A stretch of DNA of 43,027 bases from Candidatus Pacearchaeota archaeon. Lineage in GTDB: Archaea > Nanobdellota > Nanobdellia > Pacearchaeales > GW2011-AR1. A program made the position numbers and the translations under genes. Shown here in pieces: positions 41,165-43,027 of the stretch. The notes beneath the pieces were generated by a model that worked only from the letters and a program-made list of their open reading frames with translations, had not been told where the DNA came from and did not search any database. The stretch spans positions 1-43,027 of the forward strand of contig JAUYJY010000058.1 in assembly GCA_030699205.1 (NCBI GenBank). The letters run 5' to 3'. Position 1 is the stretch's first letter, and every line of letters starts with the position of its first letter.

Positions 41165-43027
41165 TCAACTTTTTAAATCTAGTGTAATAAATTTCCTTCC
41201 ATTTCCCTCATGCTTCTTATGGTGTTTATTTAGGAATTTTATAGTTAAATAAACTCCGGACATAAACAAAATAACCAATCCCACCCAGGTGATTGTATTC
41301 AAATTAGTTTCCGATATTGCAAGACCCGTTAAGCCGGAAGAACTTAACGAAACTTTTTTATTATATCTATTTGAATTTCTCCCATCACTAACATCAAATA
41401 CTAAATCAAAGTCCCCTATAGAATCTTTAGGCAATTCAAATTCCAATATAAAGTTTCTTTTAGCATTTCCTTCCACCTTTGCATTTGCTTCTCCTTTAAC
41501 AATTTCAGAATTCTCTGAGTTTAGAAGAATATAATTAACTAAAAATTCTCTCTCATTGATGTCAAGATTTTCAATAGAATAATCAACCTTTAATTTATTT
41601 CCATTTCTTTGAGTGCTTAAAATAACCGCATCAAAATTTCCTACAACGACCTCAAAATTAAATTCAACGCTTTTATTAGCTTCTTTACATTTAATTTCAA
41701 TATCCAAATTATATTTCTTAGCTATTGCATTCAAGGGAACATTCAATGAAAATACATAGTTTATATTCTGTCCGGGACCTATAGATTCAGATTGTTTATT
41801 TGAAATCCATTCAGAAGATTCTCCCTGCGGCAGGAGTTTGCATTCGTTTAAAAATCTCGTTCCCTTATTTGTAACTTCTAGTAAAACCGCTTCACTCTTT
41901 CCCCTTCCAATTTTAAAACTCTCAATTTCTCCAAATTCTATAGTATATATTAAAGGCAAAAATGAACTGCTTCCGCCTCCTCCGCCTCCGCCTCCTCCAC
42001 CGCCCTGCGATGGTGGAGCACTCCCGCCTGTGTCTACTTCAATACTAAAAGATGAAGATGAAATATTTGAATTGCCTGCAGAATCATTTATCTTTAAATC
42101 TAAAACATAGTTTGAGTAAGTATCTACACTAAATTCTGTAGAACTGCAATTAGTAACTACTTTATTTTTAACAACCTGTTCTCCTGAAGAAGCAAAACTC
42201 ACATTATAAACGCAATTCACAGGACTTGCATCAGTTACCGAAAAATCTAAAGGAATTCCCGCTAAATTATTATAAGTTCCCAAAGGTGCGGAAATGCTCA
42301 CCGCAGGATTTGTCACATCTACGCTAAATGTCTTATTTCCATCAAATGCACCATTTCCTAATGTGTCATTGCAATAAACATTCCACAAATAAGTCCCCTC
42401 TGTTAAATTCAAAAAGAAAGTGTCCTGCACTCCTGAAACTACATCGCTATGCGTCTCATTTAATATAAATTCTCCCGAAAAATTCCCAAATAAAGAACAG
42501 CTGTCCAAATCAATATCTGTCGCTGTATAATTAAATCCAATATTCTGTGTATATCCCAGATAGCTGTTTATTGGAGAATGCAATAAAATTGAAGGAGCAC
42601 CGATAAGAACACTAAAGTTTACTTCATCATATCCCTCAAGTCCAAGAACGCTTTCATTTGCATAAACCTCAAGAGTATAATCTCCATTTCCTGAAACATC
42701 AAAAGTCATATTCTCACAATTTACTATGCTCGCATTATTTAGTCCTTCGTCTAAAGTATACCAACAAGAATCTAAATCATCTGATTGCACACTAAAATTC
42801 AATTCCAAACTTTCATTGGTTCCAAATGTTTGCTCTTCACCAGGAAAAGCAATTTCAACTATTGGATTCACAGCAAGAATATCATAATCTATTTCTATAT
42901 TGTTTAAGTAAGGATTTAATTCAGAATCTTCACTCTCAAAATAAAAAATATATTGTAAATACTGGCTTTCAAGGTTAAGTTCTTCAAAAGAGCCAGAAAA
43001 GAATGTATCTCCCGTGCCGTCGGGTCC
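41165..43027 (-). CDS. Large Ig-repeat surface protein with a poly-Gly linker and a C-terminal TM anchor (5' end lies outside the window)
   Basis: The reading frame stays open for all 52 codons from the listed GTG start (42871) to the window edge. It has repeats with C-x-D-x-x-GN...F-x-V patterns, an 11-Gly run (QGGGGGGGGGGGSSS), and a C-terminal TM plus basic tail. Confidence 0.75.
   Translation of the reverse strand, partial: GPDGTGDTFFSGSFEELNLESQYLQYIFYFESEDSELNPYLNNIEIDYDILAVNPIVEIAFPGEEQTFGTNESLELNFSVQSDDLDSCWYTLDEGLNNASIVNCENMTFDVSGNGDYTLEVYANESVLGLEGYDEVNFSVLIGAPSILLHSPINSYLGYTQNIGFNYTATDIDLDSCSLFGNFSGEFILNETHSDVVSGVQDTFFLNLTEGTYLWNVYCNDTLGNGAFDGNKTFSVDVTNPAVSISAPLGTYNNLAGIPLDFSVTDASPVNCVYNVSFASSGEQVVKNKVVTNCSSTEFSVDTYSNYVLDLKINDSAGNSNISSSSFSIEVDTGGSAPPSQGGGGGGGGGGGSSSFLPLIYTIEFGEIESFKIGRGKSEAVLLEVTNKGTRFLNECKLLPQGESSEWISNKQSESIGPGQNINYVFSLNVPLNAIAKKYNLDIEIKCKEANKSVEFNFEVVVGNFDAVILSTQRNGNKLKVDYSIENLDINEREFLVNYILLNSENSEIVKGEANAKVEGNAKRNFILEFELPKDSIGDFDLVFDVSDGRNSNRYNKKVSLSSSGLTGLAISETNLNTITWVGLVILFMSGVYLTIKFLNKHHKKHEGNGRKFITLDLKS

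Overview
AT-rich archaeal chromosome segment. The gene content suggests a small-genome DPANN-type archaeon (inference): aIF5A with the hypusine loop, L40e, L37Ae, RpoP, Spt5, PCNA, PriS, FtsZ plus SepF, and many short or overlapping genes. The layout has four parts. (1) 1.8-8.6 kb is an ordinary informational and cell-division block: S2P protease, L40e, aIF5A, FKBP, FtsZ, SecE, Spt5, L11, tRNA-Pro, L37Ae, RpoP, prefoldin beta, SepF. Three of these genes fall below the ORF-track cutoff and were found by hand (L40e, SecE, RpoP). (2) 9.5-20 kb holds envelope genes: an acidic surface protein, an archaeosortase-like protein, DedA, and a 924-aa S-layer-like protein. Small accessory modules sit among them, bracketed by a 94-nt palindromic, TA-flanked MITE-like repeat (R family). 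Seven R loci are visible, including a sequence-divergent but architecture-identical variant and one nested insertion. (3) 20.7-38.4 kb is the most unusual part. Two paralogous minus-strand operons encode proteins with class III (prepilin-like) signal peptides, plus giant cysteine-rich membrane and surface proteins (698, 515 and 1333 aa). A 4.6-kb accessory zone separates the operons and carries two HEPN/nucleotidyltransferase pairs, an AAA ATPase and a glycine-zipper lipoprotein. In this zone the promoter plus the first ~32 codons of the 698-aa gene recur as four direct repeats that delimit the cassettes. (4) 38.5-43 kb holds PCNA, a PriS fused to a Cys-less PriL-CTD-like domain, and a large Ig-repeat surface protein that runs off the window. 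No CRISPR array, rRNA, integrase or transposase gene was seen. All calls come from reading the sequence and the ORF track; no database search was possible.
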